A stretch of 62,243 nucleotides of DNA, filler included, from Nemertoderma westbladi (Eukaryota > Animalia > Xenacoelomorpha), in NCBI GenBank assembly GCA_032718475.1. It is 3 parts of 3 records of this genome, joined end to end, with 100 filler letters (N's around TTAATTAATTAA, not from the genome) between each part and the next. Parts side by side here need not be neighbours in the genome. Positions count along the whole stretch, not along the records: positions 1 to 29,205 come from JAUCBJ010006574.1; 2 more parts are not named here. One strand, given 5' to 3'. Of this stretch, positions 1 to 10,619 are shown in pieces; position 1 is the stretch's first letter; each line of letters opens with the position of its first letter. Under the pieces are notes generated by a model, which worked only from the letters and a program-made list of their open reading frames with translations, was not told the DNA's origin and did not search any database. The position numbers and the translations under genes are program-made.

Positions 1-808
1 ACGGATGAAATGCTGACATCTGATTGGTTGAAATAATAACGACCACCGCAAAAGGATGAAATGGTGGCTTCTGATTGGTTGCAGTACCAGAAATGGATGG
101 TAATGATGGGCTACGGGTGACCATGAAGCAGTGTCATAGTATTGTATACTACTAGTGTCCTATAAGTAGCACTTCACTGAAAGCGCACCGCTTTGTGTAG
201 TGATTGCTCCCCAGAAATAATAACATTTATTTCAAATACTGACAAAACCCATTAAACGGGTATATATATATTGTACATCAAATCTAACGATTTATAAATA
301 GTAGGCCTACCATACAACCATTAGGTCTCAATATCAGTTGGACTACGGCTCAAATAACGGTAATAAAGTAAGTAAAGTAACCAAGTAACCCTAAAATTCA
401 GAAATTCAATTATTTAAAATAATTGATATACCGGTATTTACGATAGGCCTATTATCTTTATTTCGATAAATTTCGGCTGAAATTATACAGGTACTTGTAA
501 TTAATTCTAGTCCAGAATTATATATACTACAAACTGTAAGCTGTATACCGGTATTCCCGATAGGCCTATTATATATTTATATATATTTGTGCTAAAATTA
601 TACCGGTATTCTGTGATAAACCTAGTCTGTAATAATACTTATATAGTTATATATACTATAAGCATACCGGTATTCTAATATATTATATATATCATGATAC
701 ACTGAGTAGCAGTATAGGTAATTAATTACTAGGCTAGCAGTTAATACTGAGTTACTAGACTTGCTCAGACTGTAATACAGCAGTAGACATTCAACTGTAC
801 ACATAAAC

Positions 809-3800
809 ATGTCTGATACTAAGCAGAACCTGTCAGACAGTTTATTAGATGTAACTATCTGTGACTCAGATAGAGGCGTAGAACCGTCTAGTCGTAAGTT
901 CAGTTCACCTCCCACTGTGAGGAAGGTTATCCCTCCTGTAGTAATAACAGAACCTAGGCTGGTCCAACATCGTAGGTCTATCATAGGCACTCGAGCTCAG
1001 GTCAAGCGGGACCAAGAAGCAGCGGAACAGCAACAACCCGCGAGCCAAGAATTTATTTCTCAGTGGCCCGACAGCTCCAGTAGTGAAGATACTGTAGAAC
1101 TGACACCCGAGCGCGGAGCAAAGATGACGGATGCGGTTTATACGGATCCCCTTCTCATCCTTCCTGCAGCCGTACTCACTAGGTTATTGATTGCGGTGGA
1201 AGAACACCAGATCGATTGGGCGAGAAGTCAGCGATCAACTAGAGATAGTTATGCGGGATACACGAGGGAAGAACTGAAGTCTATTGTCGAGTCGCAATGG
1301 AACTTCCCCGGACCCGGACTCCCGTTTGATTTATCAGAAGCTGCCTGGGAAGACATACACCGGATGGGAGTAGCCAAGGAAACCATCGATCCAGCTGTAT
1401 GGAAGAGGTCCGCAGCCGGATACGCACAAGGATTCTTCAGCTCTATGGAGCGAGTAGAAAAACAACTGTTTAAACAACCTCAAGGACCTCAAGAGCAGGG
1501 ACAACTGCTTTATCAAGTTAGAGAAAGAATTCTGCGAATTAGGCTAATCTTATCAGCCTTTGAGGAGGCTTCTAAAAGAAGACAAGACACGTCGTTGCAA
1601 GTTGCCGTAAAGACTTGGTTTCAACGGGTGAGTCGCCAAGTTCAAGGAGCAGCTCAGTGGAAAGCTCAGCTGGAGGAGCGCTCAACCCATGGAGAATCAA
1701 CGGACGCTACTTTTTCCCAAGTGGAAAGTGAAGCGACGGCAGAGAAACCGCATAAGAAGGATGCCATTGACATCTATCTGTCAGACTATCAGCGTTTTTT
1801 GGGAGATGAAGAGTTGAGGAGAAGGCTAGATGGACTTAGCCCTAATAGTGAAGGAGCCCAGCGTGTGTTGGATGCAATAGATGTAGATAGGTTAGCGGCG
1901 AACCAAGCTAAATTCGATGAACAACTCCGCATCGCTAGAGAACAAGAAGAACAAGTAAGGAAAAAACGTATAGAAGACAGAAAGATAGCAGCAGTGGCAG
2001 AGGCAGAAAGAAAAGCGACCTTGGCAGAAGCAGCGGCAGAGGCAAAAGCGGCAGCAGCAGAAGCCGAGGCAAAGGCAAAAGCGGCAGCGACAGAGGCAAA
2101 AGCGGCAGCGGCGGAGGCAAAAGCGGCAGCGGTGGCGGAAGCAGAACGGAGAGCGGCTGAAGAGATCACCCAACTGGAGTTGGAAAATCTTCAAGAGAAG
2201 CAAGACGACTTCAGTAAACAGTTAACAGCTAGTAATATGCAGATGATGAATCGATCTACTCCCAAAAGACAGGGTTATACATCATCGGAGGAAGGCGATA
2301 CCACCGACACTGAAGGCGGAGGAAATCGATCTCGCCTAAGCAGACGTAAAAGAACATTCCACCGTCAAAAATTGCCTGATTTGCCTCCAGCTGTTAGAAG
2401 GCAACTAAATAACACCAACTTAGCGAGTACAGAACCCACAGAACAAATAATTACAATAGAGAGACTCCCTACTATAGTAGATGAGCCTGAAATAGTTAGG
2501 CCTGTTCCTGAAGTCACCCTTTCGGTCGTAGAGACACCTGTACTCCCTGAAGCTACCTCTAAATTCCCTCTGCATAGCACTAAGCTACCTGTGCCCAGTA
2601 GAACTGCCCAGGAGACAGTTCAGGTCCTGGACCCCGAGCGAAATATTCATGATTTGTCGCCCGTTGTCCCTCGTCCGCCCGCTACAACATTGGCGACTCC
2701 CGCTTCGGCGGTCGAATGGGTGGACGAGAGACGGCGGGGGATGGATCTCCTGCTCGGGCAGATGCAGGAGACTGTTCAGCAATTCAAGGGCACAGTAAGG
2801 GAAAGTAGGCTAGAATTGCAAGAAGTGCAGCAAAGTATCGCGCTAGAACGCGATAAATTAGTAAATTTACAAAAGGGTATATCACCACCCCCTGTAACAA
2901 TGTGTCAACCCGTTAGGTCTGAAGTATCCCATGCGCAAGGTGTGGAGCCTACACGCATCTATACTGCTAGCGAAGTAGAAACTCCTATAGTAAACCCTAT
3001 TAAGGGTAATTATAGACCTGTTGATAATGATATTCCCTATAGACCGGATCATAATCCGAGAAATTTATATACCGATAACTCGATATTAAATAACACGATG
3101 GCCCAAGAAAGTTTTACGCGTCAAATGGCTAGAACCGAAGCCCGGCAAGCGGTAAAGGTGGGAGAGATCGTCAAGTTCAATGGAGATGAGATGAAATGGT
3201 TACCTTTTAATGAATATTACAAAGATAACATACAGAACTCTGTGCTATCTAATGGAGAGAAACTTAGATTCCTCATCGAGTGCTTGGAAGGATCTCCCAA
3301 GTTAATGGCGTTAAAGTTTATTGGACATCCAGACGGATTAAGACAAGTTTGGGATATACTAAACATCAGGTATGGTAATAGGAATAACATAGCTGGGTAT
3401 TTGTATGCAAAGTTGGTAGCGCCCCGAAAGTTTATTAGTAGCGGAATTATAGAGTTTTCCGATGAGATTCAGGAGATCTGTAGGCAATTAGATTGGCTAG
3501 GTAAGTCTCATGAGTATCAGAATGCTATGGTTATTAGAGCAGTGGCTTCTACTTTACCGAAGGGTGGAGTAGGTACGCGCTGGGACAAGAAAGTGTTATA
3601 TATGATGGAACAACAACGACGAGACCCTACCATGGCTGATCTCATGTCATTCCTAGATGGAGAAGTGAAATTACAGCTCCTGAAACTGTCCAGAGAGAAG
3701 ACACTGGAAAACAAGGTAAGTGAGAAACCCGTTTCTAGGAGAAGGGTAACACCAGTGTGTTATACAGACGACGGCGAAAGCCAGACTTCTCAAGGAGAGG

Positions 3801-4351
3801 ACAGCGGAAAAGACACTGAAAGATCTTATTATGGCAATAAATCGCCTATAGAACAGGTAAGTAAATTCAAGTCTCGACCCAATGACAGAAGAGAACCGGT
3901 AAGAAAAACCCCTCCTACGTCTCCCAAGAGAATTCATGTAAGAAAGCCCGAGGAAAGAACGAACGTGCACCACACAGCACATGTTAAAGTAAGTAACATC
4001 AAGCCCAAATGTGTGCTGTGCGACGGGCCCCACCGCTTGAATATGTGCGATGAATTCTTAAAGAAATCATTAAAAGAGAGACGGGAAGTCATGTGGGATA
4101 AGCGGTTGTGTTATAATTGCCTCAGACGAGGACACCAACGGCGAACCTGTTACTCCGACGCAAGGTGTGCAAAGTGCGGTGCAAAACATCATATCTTGTT
4201 GCACACTGAATTCGAACGAAGCAGCCCTAGTCAGGTAAGTGAGTCCGAACAACTACATGTCCAATTCAGTGATGTGAACGACACTGACCAAAGTTCTGAG
4301 ATGGAAGGATTCTATACGGACGAATTCTCCGACCAAAACGAATCCTGTTAG
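809..4351 (+). CDS. gag: BEL/Pao Gag (1180 aa): AEAK-repeat coiled coil, DUF1759-like capsid, triple Zn knuckle
   Basis: KFNGDEMKWLPF...EKLRFLIECLEG capsid motif; CVLCDGPHRLNMC, CYNCLRRGHQRRTC, CAKCGAKHHILLH; uninterrupted 3.5-kb ORF. Confidence 0.92.
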   Translation: MSDTKQNLSDSLLDVTICDSDRGVEPSSRKFSSPPTVRKVIPPVVITEPRLVQHRRSIIGTRAQVKRDQEAAEQQQPASQEFISQWPDSSSSEDTVELTPERGAKMTDAVYTDPLLILPAAVLTRLLIAVEEHQIDWARSQRSTRDSYAGYTREELKSIVESQWNFPGPGLPFDLSEAAWEDIHRMGVAKETIDPAVWKRSAAGYAQGFFSSMERVEKQLFKQPQGPQEQGQLLYQVRERILRIRLILSAFEEASKRRQDTSLQVAVKTWFQRVSRQVQGAAQWKAQLEERSTHGESTDATFSQVESEATAEKPHKKDAIDIYLSDYQRFLGDEELRRRLDGLSPNSEGAQRVLDAIDVDRLAANQAKFDEQLRIAREQEEQVRKKRIEDRKIAAVAEAERKATLAEAAAEAKAAAAEAEAKAKAAATEAKAAAAEAKAAAVAEAERRAAEEITQLELENLQEKQDDFSKQLTASNMQMMNRSTPKRQGYTSSEEGDTTDTEGGGNRSRLSRRKRTFHRQKLPDLPPAVRRQLNNTNLASTEPTEQIITIERLPTIVDEPEIVRPVPEVTLSVVETPVLPEATSKFPLHSTKLPVPSRTAQETVQVLDPERNIHDLSPVVPRPPATTLATPASAVEWVDERRRGMDLLLGQMQETVQQFKGTVRESRLELQEVQQSIALERDKLVNLQKGISPPPVTMCQPVRSEVSHAQGVEPTRIYTASEVETPIVNPIKGNYRPVDNDIPYRPDHNPRNLYTDNSILNNTMAQESFTRQMARTEARQAVKVGEIVKFNGDEMKWLPFNEYYKDNIQNSVLSNGEKLRFLIECLEGSPKLMALKFIGHPDGLRQVWDILNIRYGNRNNIAGYLYAKLVAPRKFISSGIIEFSDEIQEICRQLDWLGKSHEYQNAMVIRAVASTLPKGGVGTRWDKKVLYMMEQQRRDPTMADLMSFLDGEVKLQLLKLSREKTLENKVSEKPVSRRRVTPVCYTDDGESQTSQGEDSGKDTERSYYGNKSPIEQVSKFKSRPNDRREPVRKTPPTSPKRIHVRKPEERTNVHHTAHVKVSNIKPKCVLCDGPHRLNMCDEFLKKSLKERREVMWDKRLCYNCLRRGHQRRTCYSDARCAKCGAKHHILLHTEFERSSPSQVSESEQLHVQFSDVNDTDQSSEMEGFYTDEFSDQNESC

Positions 4352-4369
4352 TAAATAAACACCACCGCA

Positions 4370-5755
4370 GTGTATCGAGCACTCATGTATGAGAAAGACA
4401 CAGACAGCGACCTCACCCTAACTACTTCAGATCAACAACAATCTTGGAAAGCGCCAACTTCAAATGTAGGAATCCGAGAATTTCCTGTAGTCCAGTTACG
4501 GGTCCACGGACCTCAGAAGAGCTATATAGTGAACGCCCTCCTGGACTCCGGCAGCACAGGAACATTCATCGATAAAGAACTAGCCGAAGACATCTTTGCT
4601 GGACAACCCAAGTTCCGAACCAAGCTAAACATGTCAGGGATCATGCAGGTTTGGAAATCTGCTGTGGCTGCCGACTATTATATAGGTGAGTTGTCCACTC
4701 CACAGGATAAACTAGGAGAACACAGTATAAGGTCAGTCAAGATGGTGGCAATAAAGAACTTCGCTACCACCCAAGTGGAACCTTATAATTGGGACGAAGA
4801 TGATCATGCCCAACAACTTAACATTCCTAGATTCGACACCGATTATCCTGGAGTACAAATATTAATCGGTCAAAACGCGCATGAGGCGCTGGAGACATTG
4901 GAGAAACGACCTGCTCAACCGCAACCACTTCAGACCTATGCGGTAAGAACTAGAGTAGGTTGGTACCTTACTGGACCTTCCCGAAGAACGCTCAGAGAAA
5001 GACTGCTTCAAGATCGCGTCTGCCAGGTGAGTGAATGGGAAGATGATACTAGTGAGGGAGACGACCCAACTGAGGGAACACCATACTCCTCAGATAATGA
5101 CGATATTAGCTCCAATGTAGATCAATGGAGATATTGCCCCAAGAAGTTTAATCCAACTGACATCGCTTCCAGAGGAGCAACTCCTCAAGAACTGACAGAT
5201 ACTACAGACCGGTTAGGTGAACCCGACTTCCTGAGTAAGGAGGATGAATGGCCTCCCCATCTTACTCCGACTGAGATTAGACCAGCCAAGGGAGCGGAGA
5301 AAGTCAAACCTAAAACCCGGACGGGTGGATCGGAGTTATTTGAACCCGGGATAGATCTGTCGGTATTACATATTGCCAGGGACGACGCCGTGGATCTGGA
5401 CCTCCCCACCGCGAGTGGATCCTTCATGAAGATCAGAGAGAGCGATTGGAGCTCTGGAACATCAGACGTCTCGCAGGGACTCTCACCTCTCCTGCAGGGA
5501 GCGACGGACCACTATAGCTCCTGGAATCGGCTTTGTAAGGCCGTCGTATACTTAGAGCGATGTTTCTATCGTCACTATTCCAGGACGAAGAGGAAACCAG
5601 GAATTGTATTCGGGATGCAGCGACTCAATCACCCAGCTGGTTGTTTGTGTTTACCGGAAGGGAATGGAGGACTCTCCGGAAACTGTGGAAGGCAAGATTC
5701 TCTTCCCACGACCACCTCCCTAATCCTTCAAACATCTAGGGACTCCATAACGTAA
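4370..5755 (+). CDS. Truncated BEL/Pao pol: aspartic protease fused in-frame to the RNase H C-terminal tail; no RT or integrase
   Basis: ALLDSGS and QILIGQN (protease); AVRTRVGWYLTGP; WRYCPKKFNPTDIASRG...PDFL...EWP; YSSWNRLCKAV. Same frame as gag after TAG TAA. Confidence 0.85.
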   Translation: MYRALMYEKDTDSDLTLTTSDQQQSWKAPTSNVGIREFPVVQLRVHGPQKSYIVNALLDSGSTGTFIDKELAEDIFAGQPKFRTKLNMSGIMQVWKSAVAADYYIGELSTPQDKLGEHSIRSVKMVAIKNFATTQVEPYNWDEDDHAQQLNIPRFDTDYPGVQILIGQNAHEALETLEKRPAQPQPLQTYAVRTRVGWYLTGPSRRTLRERLLQDRVCQVSEWEDDTSEGDDPTEGTPYSSDNDDISSNVDQWRYCPKKFNPTDIASRGATPQELTDTTDRLGEPDFLSKEDEWPPHLTPTEIRPAKGAEKVKPKTRTGGSELFEPGIDLSVLHIARDDAVDLDLPTASGSFMKIRESDWSSGTSDVSQGLSPLLQGATDHYSSWNRLCKAVVYLERCFYRHYSRTKRKPGIVFGMQRLNHPAGCLCLPEGNGGLSGNCGRQDSLPTTTSLILQTSRDSIT

Positions 5756-6273
5756 CAACATATGGAGTGGGTGTGTGACTCTATTATTTTATATTATTTT
5801 ATTATTTTTATATTTATGTATGTATTACTACGTAATTTTATTATAATCGTTTTATTTAATTTAGTAGAATCTTATTTAGCGATTATTTAGTAGAATAGTG
5901 CAATATATTCGTGTTTATTGCGTACGTAATTACGTATATATTATATTTAGTGCGACGGCAAGAAATAATTCTTTTCCTTCTTCCTTACTGTCCGTATTAC
6001 ATTACAAATACGTAACTACAGTAAGATGAAATGTCCGTACTTATTAAAGTACAATAAAGCCACTACTATATTCAAGTATTATTGGTAGGCAGAGTATTAG
6101 GAATGCAAAGTTCAGATCCTCGTGTCTCGGCTAAACCAAGCTCTGGGTAGACCTTGGAAACGACTTGCCTCTTCACACTGACATTGCTTCGTGCGATATT
6201 GCTCTCATACCGTATATTAAATAATACATATAGTAGCGTGATGTCCCTTTAACAGTAGCGTATAACGCAAAAT

Positions 6274-6590
6274 AAATCTGTTAAACCCTTTGACCATCTG
6301 CAATTCTAGTCGATTAAGATATCGCGGCACCCACCGATATACTTGAAAGACAAATTTTAGAATCAGTGGTTAACGTCCCCAGACAAGTTCTGGAATAAAT
6401 TGGTGCCCATCTCAAATATTAATTATTTAATATTTGCAAATCTAATAAATCAAAATCTGTAAAATTCAGATCCTTCAACAATTCTAGTCAATTAAGATAT
6501 CGTAGCATTTACCGATATTCTTAAAAAGACAATTGTCATAGAATTAAGGATCTTGTGTCCCCAGACATATTCTAGAATCAAAATATGTCC
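6274..6590 (+). other. Two ~180-bp diverged copies of a structured RNA module in the 3' region of element 1
   Basis: Stems ATTCTA/TAGAAT, GTC/GAC, TTAAG/CTTRA and ATATCG/CGATAT are conserved while loops differ; the outer stem differs in sequence but pairs in both copies; GTCCCCAGACA is shared. Confidence 0.6.
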
Positions 6591-7219
6591 ATTTAATTAT
6601 TAAATAATAAAATTTCAGGGAATAATTTAAATTCATGCCTTTTAATGAATTTAATAAATTGCCATTTTTACGCAATTTATAACATTCCCAAAATTCCATT
6701 AATTAATAGATCACGGGAGCGGAGATTTATCTTATCATGCGTATGAGTGTGCGAAAGTCTCCCAAACATAGTCAATAGCCGATAAAATTCATAAAGTCAT
6801 GTATAAAACAGAACATTGACCATTAAAGAATTACTATTAAATAACATCCCAGATCTGTATGCATTGGAATTACCCTAATTCTACTGCTAGCTTTACATAA
6901 TGTCACCATAGCAACAACCACGCTAGAATTAGAATTGAGTTAAAAGAACAATAGAAAGCTTGTCCCATTGAATAGCATAGGGAATAAATAGCGCACTGCT
7001 AGTATCCAAGGATACATGATAATAACGTGACATTCTGGAAGGCACTGACTAACGGACAAGTGACCCGAGTGTGTGTAATTTGTGACAAGTTGTGTGTGTG
7101 GTATTTGTGAGTTTATAGGCGAATGTTACTACTAAGGTGTGTTTACAGTAGCGAGTCGCAATTGTGAAAGTAACCCTAACTCTCCAGTAAGAACCTGAGG
7201 TGTATCTAAGCCTTTGGGA

Positions 7220-7365
7220 CGGACAGTCGAGTGACTTGTGCCGGTTGTCGTTGTCGTTGTGCGGCTACGTCGTTGGCGAAAGTACAGCGGCGACGACACA
7301 TCGGCGCTGAGGATCTCGCACTGTCCGGGGGCTGATGGGGGTAGGCAGCGACGCTCGCTAGCCTA
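7220..7365 (+). other. Long GC-rich rod-like hairpin (7220-7327) plus adjacent short hairpin
   Basis: CGGACAGT/ACTGTCCG, CGAG/CTCG, GTGCCGGT/ATCGGCGC and a 17-bp stem with 4 G:U pairs that form only on the + strand. Confidence 0.55.
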
Positions 7366-9180
7366 AATATAAACTCATTATAATATTAATAAACTCATAT
7401 ATAGCAGATATGACGGAGTTGATAGAAGATGGTCTTGGTATCAGGGAGCGATATACTCTACTTTCAAGCGTTTGTTGATAGCTTGATACGCGGTGATACT
7501 AGTCCAACTACTACGAAGGATGATGGTCGTTATATCGAACCTACGATTTCCTGGAAGTAACTTAAGCGTGAATTGGACTATGGAAAATTCACCGCTCGCT
7601 ACACGCATTGTAATGGTATGTATATAGACTTCTTCACCATTGGCCATTCTATCGATTTACACGATACGGACTATGTCGAACATATCCTACCCAGAGGAGT
7701 CGAAACGATAAACCAAAATTCTAATGCGAAAATCCTATTCGAAATCGACTCGAAAGAAAAGACATTAAAGAAACAAATAAACTCGGTAACTCCAACATAT
7801 ATTTGGAATTCTTGATAGAAGCATTGTAACAACAAATAAATATCATCCGCGTTTCCCCTACCAGACGTGCGTCTTTGGTATTATTACGATAAATGTCCTA
7901 GACCCAGCCAATAAACGGAAAGACATAAACATCCACGGAAACGTTGTGTTAAACACAGTTGTGCTCGTTATATTTACTGGAGTTCGAGCGAAACTTGTTT
8001 GACGTATCACCTATGCTCACTCGGCTCGAACGATCCTGGAGTAAACCTACGATCAGAGTCCCGGAATACTCGGTCAAACCTCCTCATTCCTTAGTTGGAC
8101 CTCAGACCTGCGATCCTGGTGGTGTCGCGGATCCTCGCGGACTGTATTCACTGTTCAAGATCTAGTGCTACCCTAACAATTAATCGGTAACACTCCGACA
8201 GTGATTTCTAGCTAGCCGCCCATCTTACCTAGCCGGATTGTGACGCGGACACCTAATATCACTATCCAACCGTATGGTCGTCCCCGTTTAACGCGATACA
8301 ACCCTTCATCAAGGTGAAGGAGAGCGTTGTACGAAACGAGTTAAACGCTATTCTATAAAGATCAAAAAGGAAACCTGCGTTTGTTCAGATAAACGTAAGT
8401 TATAACAGTAAGTCCAATCGATAAACGAATTGGCCTTATCTCAGTTCGATTGGGAAATCTCGAATCTCTAAGAAGATATCAAGCTTAGAAAACCCTATTC
8501 TCTGCGAGAGTTTTGGACGAACGTATCCCATGACAAGCGGAGGAAAATCAGCTCGAGGAGAAGCATATCGAAATGGACGAGACACCGACCGTAAACCCAA
8601 ACCTTCTAATGCAATTGTATTGCACCCTTTACCCAGGAGTTATAGCCTTTCTAGTAAAGTGGCTCGCCCCAAAGAGAAAAGGACTCTTGCTGGCCTCGGG
8701 AAACTGCGTGAACGCCGTCCGCGCAAGAAAAACTAACTGTTTAGAGTATCTTTATGTTTTAGAAACTGTGATTTTTATATTTTATAGACTGAAAATCCCA
8801 TTTTCTGGGAGCGGTGTAAAAGCTTTTGCTGAATTGCCCGGTTATGTTTCCTTATTTTTCCCGTAAAATACTCTGTAGTTGGTTTAATAGGCGTAAGAGG
8901 CCGTATTATTGCTGTATCGGTGTTTTTAGAGGATCTAAGAGCTATTTCTTCCGTATGCGTACTGTGGAAGGCATAGTTGATGATTCTATGGCAATTCCGT
9001 GACGCAAAAGGGGCTAGATACTCTTGAACAGTAGTTACTATGACGACGGTTAACAGCTGATATTCATACGTGTTGATTTTCTTTGTTCTACGGCATCTCT
9101 CAGTTCAGTCAACCAATCAGAGCGTTTTTATGGCTCTTGTACAGAAATTTCCTAGAAATCACGCAATTCATTATGGGCAG

Positions 9181-10023
9181 TGTTATCATTCTGTCCTGAG
9201 CCAGGAAGAGCGGCTTTGGAATATTTTGTGCTTTTCTGCTTTAGCCTAACACTAGTAGGCTTAATTATAAGGACATATATCCGTTATCTGGGTAACTCAA
9301 TGTTATCTGCACTGGTTAACACTGGTTAACTGGCCCATACTGTGCAACTTAACTTAACATTACTGCTTTGCTGTCGGTTATTCATTATATTTGTTGATGA
9401 ATTATTATATTTGGAATAACGAGAAATAACCCCGAAACCCAATATTCTTGATATACCGAAGGTAAGAGAGAAAGGTTACATATAACGATTGTGACTTATG
9501 TTAAAGTGGTTTGAAGTGAATCTAATGTTATTTGATAGACCCTACATGAGTCGGTCCGTGTTCCTTTTATATGTGACTAAAATCAGTGAAGATCGGCAGA
9601 TCAGTGTGCAGTATTGTGCAGCATTGTCTATGAGTGAGACTGATAACGAAGCATTTCCTAAAGAATGCGCCATATATGTGAATTGTAACTAAGCCATATC
9701 GTTGTGAGTAGTTTAAGTCATAACTCTGTTTATATAGATAGAGCGCCACGTCCTAAAGGAACTGTTAATATTCCCCGAAGGTGAATAATATTGTCAGAGA
9801 TTATATAATACTGTCAGTCGAATAATACATTAGGCTTACATAGCAATACGATTAAGCCGTCGAAGTCAATCTCCCGGGTATATCCAACGGGTGAATGATC
9901 GCGCACAGATTGGTTTCAACTAGTGTAGTGAATCAAATACTTGTTAGAGGCTAAAGCGATTTATTATCTAGAAGACATCCTAATTTGGCGGGTTAAACTG
10001 CCAAAGGTCTGAAAGCGCGAACA
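9181..10023 (+). repeat. Candidate 3' LTR of element 1 (TGTT...AACA)
   Basis: Last 52 bp match 29154-29205 (reverse complement) at 50/52; start inferred from GGGCAG|TGTT, so the left boundary is uncertain. Confidence 0.5.
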
Positions 10024-10619
10024 TATATTTCAAAAGTTGATGCGACTTCTAGTTACCGACATATAGCAGTTAATGTGTAACACGCCAGTGTAAATATTAC
10101 TAATTTCCCATTGAATCACAGCTTATCGTGAAATTAATTATTATTCTGGAACATTACTAATTTGCCACTTACTATTATTAGTACTGTATATTAGGTCAAG
10201 CTCTACCCACCCAATCCCCATAGTGTACCAGTACTACGGTGGATGTTGTTGCGAACGATAAAATTGTATGAAATGTCTTCAAATGAACTGCAAACTTTGA
10301 AAAGCTATCATTAAATTTTAGAAATTCAACAAAACTTTTTTCACTTCTCTTTGTAACAACATTTTTACATACATTCGTTTCTAACGTTTCGAAGTAAACG
10401 ACATACTGTACATACATAGGAAGCAAAATACATGCAAATACAAAGAAAGTTTCTTAAAAATACATAATTTAGTGTTTTGATATTTTGCCTGCCTATATTT
10501 GCAAACACACGGCTCACGCACTACTTAATTTGTAAATAGTATTGTTGTTGAGGCGTTACAATTTCGCCAACATAATTTCGTTCCGTATAAAATTCAGCCG
10601 CCGCCGAAATACAATGGAG

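Larger units (their letters stand above)
1..10023 (+). mobile_element. Non-autonomous BEL/Pao LTR retrotransposon (element 1): gag + protease, RT/integrase deleted, ~3.4 kb 3' region, candidate 3' LTR; 5' LTR not in window
   Basis: Gag with three BEL-type Zn knuckles, aspartic protease LLDSGS and a Pao RNase H tail; terminus ...GCGCGAACA at 10023 recurs as an insertion end at 29154. Boundaries are inferred. Confidence 0.7.

Noticed and set aside
5764-5781. GGAGTGGGTG|TGTGAC as PPT and 3' LTR start of element 1
   Set aside because: Downstream sequence matches nothing upstream and would imply a ~4.2-kb LTR; 9181 preferred, though unproven
7228-7318. SECIS element
   Set aside because: Tandem G.A is present, but the upper helix is far too long and the upstream stops are TAG/TAA, not TGA
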